Of a stretch of 44,810 nucleotides of DNA, positions 44,150 through 44,810 are shown piece after piece. Every line of letters starts with the position of its first letter. Position 1 is the stretch's first letter. The position numbers and the translations under genes are program-made. The notes beneath the pieces are model-generated. The model did no database searches and was not told the DNA's origin. It saw only the letters and a list, made by a program, of their open reading frames with translations. The DNA is from a virus (taxonomy: Duplodnaviria > Caudoviricetes): positions 1 to 44,810 of the IMG/VR virus record IMGVR_UViG_3300005805_000146; one strand, given 5' to 3'.

Positions 44150-44810
44150 ATGGCTATAGACAAGGCACTGTACCAAGCACCGGTGGGGCTGGATGTTTTG
44201 GAAGGCGAACCGGACATCGAGGTGGAAATCGAAGACCCGGAGTCAGTCAGTATTCGCGCTGACGGTCTGGAGATAGAGATTCGCCCCGGTGAAGAAGATG
44301 AAGACTTCAACGCCAATCTGGCAGAACAAATGGATGAGGGCGAGCTGTCCTCTCTGGTCGGTGAGTTGCTGGATGACGTGAAGAACGATCTGTCCGCACG
44401 CAAGGATTGGGAAGAGACGTACAAGGAAGGGTTGACGCTTTTAGGCTTGAAGTACGACGAGCGTACCGAGCCGTGGGCAGGAGCCTGTGGTGTGTATCAC
44501 CCTATGATTACTGAAGCAGTGGTGCGGTTCCAATCAGAGACGATTACGGAGACGTTCCCTGCCAAGGGTCCGGCCAAGACCAAGATTATTGGTGACGACA
44601 CGCCGGAGAAGAAAGAGTCAGCCATTCGTGTTGAAGAGGACATGAACTACTACTTAACCGACAAGATGGCGGAGTTCCGCCCTGAGCATGAGCGCATGCT
44701 CTTCTCTTTGCCAGCGGCGGGTTCTGCGTTCAAGAAGATTTACTTTGACCCCAGTACAGAGCGCCCTGTCTCTGTATTTGTCCCCGCTGAAGACATCATC
44801 ATCCCTTATG
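44150..44810 (+). CDS. Portal protein (3'-truncated)
   Basis: Open frame from ATG 44150 (MAIDKALYQAP...) to the window end; R.DWE..Y..G, PWAGACGVYHP, GSAFKKIY; follows terL. Confidence 0.88.
   Translation, partial: MAIDKALYQAPVGLDVLEGEPDIEVEIEDPESVSIRADGLEIEIRPGEEDEDFNANLAEQMDEGELSSLVGELLDDVKNDLSARKDWEETYKEGLTLLGLKYDERTEPWAGACGVYHPMITEAVVRFQSETITETFPAKGPAKTKIIGDDTPEKKESAIRVEEDMNYYLTDKMAEFRPEHERMLFSLPAAGSAFKKIYFDPSTERPVSVFVPAEDIIIPY

Noticed and set aside
1-44810. tRNA genes, integrase, introns/inteins or alternative genetic code
   Set aside because: None seen; genes tile densely under the standard code, and polA, terL and the helicase appear uninterrupted.

Overview
Most of the genome of a tailed dsDNA phage with podovirus-like (P22-type) gene order. 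The host is not determinable; sigma70-type promoters and GGAG Shine-Dalgarno (SD) sites point to a bacterium. Plus strand 1-14776 holds a virion protein, a GNAT acetyltransferase and three putative ejection proteins, the last a 2867-aa polyvalent protein. The minus strand (14751-41571) holds three blocks. The first is a replication module: primase-helicase, HTH, SSB, SNF2 helicase, HNH, Cas4-like nuclease, Leu762 PolA and VRR-NUC. The second is a 9-gene glycan cluster: RfbH/E1 3-dehydrase, a split ThDP carboligase, an SDR and five glycosyltransferases, suggesting a yersiniose-type branched sugar. The third is an early region with an amidoligase, a class II glutamine amidotransferase and many small ORFs. 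Plus strand from 42013 carries terS, terL and a truncated portal. The most striking signals are non-coding. (1) A ~100-nt four-hairpin small RNA, divergent from the terS promoter, has a loop-exposed seed complementary to a CCAACCAC+SD motif found at five phage translation starts. (2) A 337-bp symmetric nested palindrome is a candidate replication origin. (3) Two families of repeated palindromic operator-like sites are present. All calls were made by eye from motifs; no searches were run.
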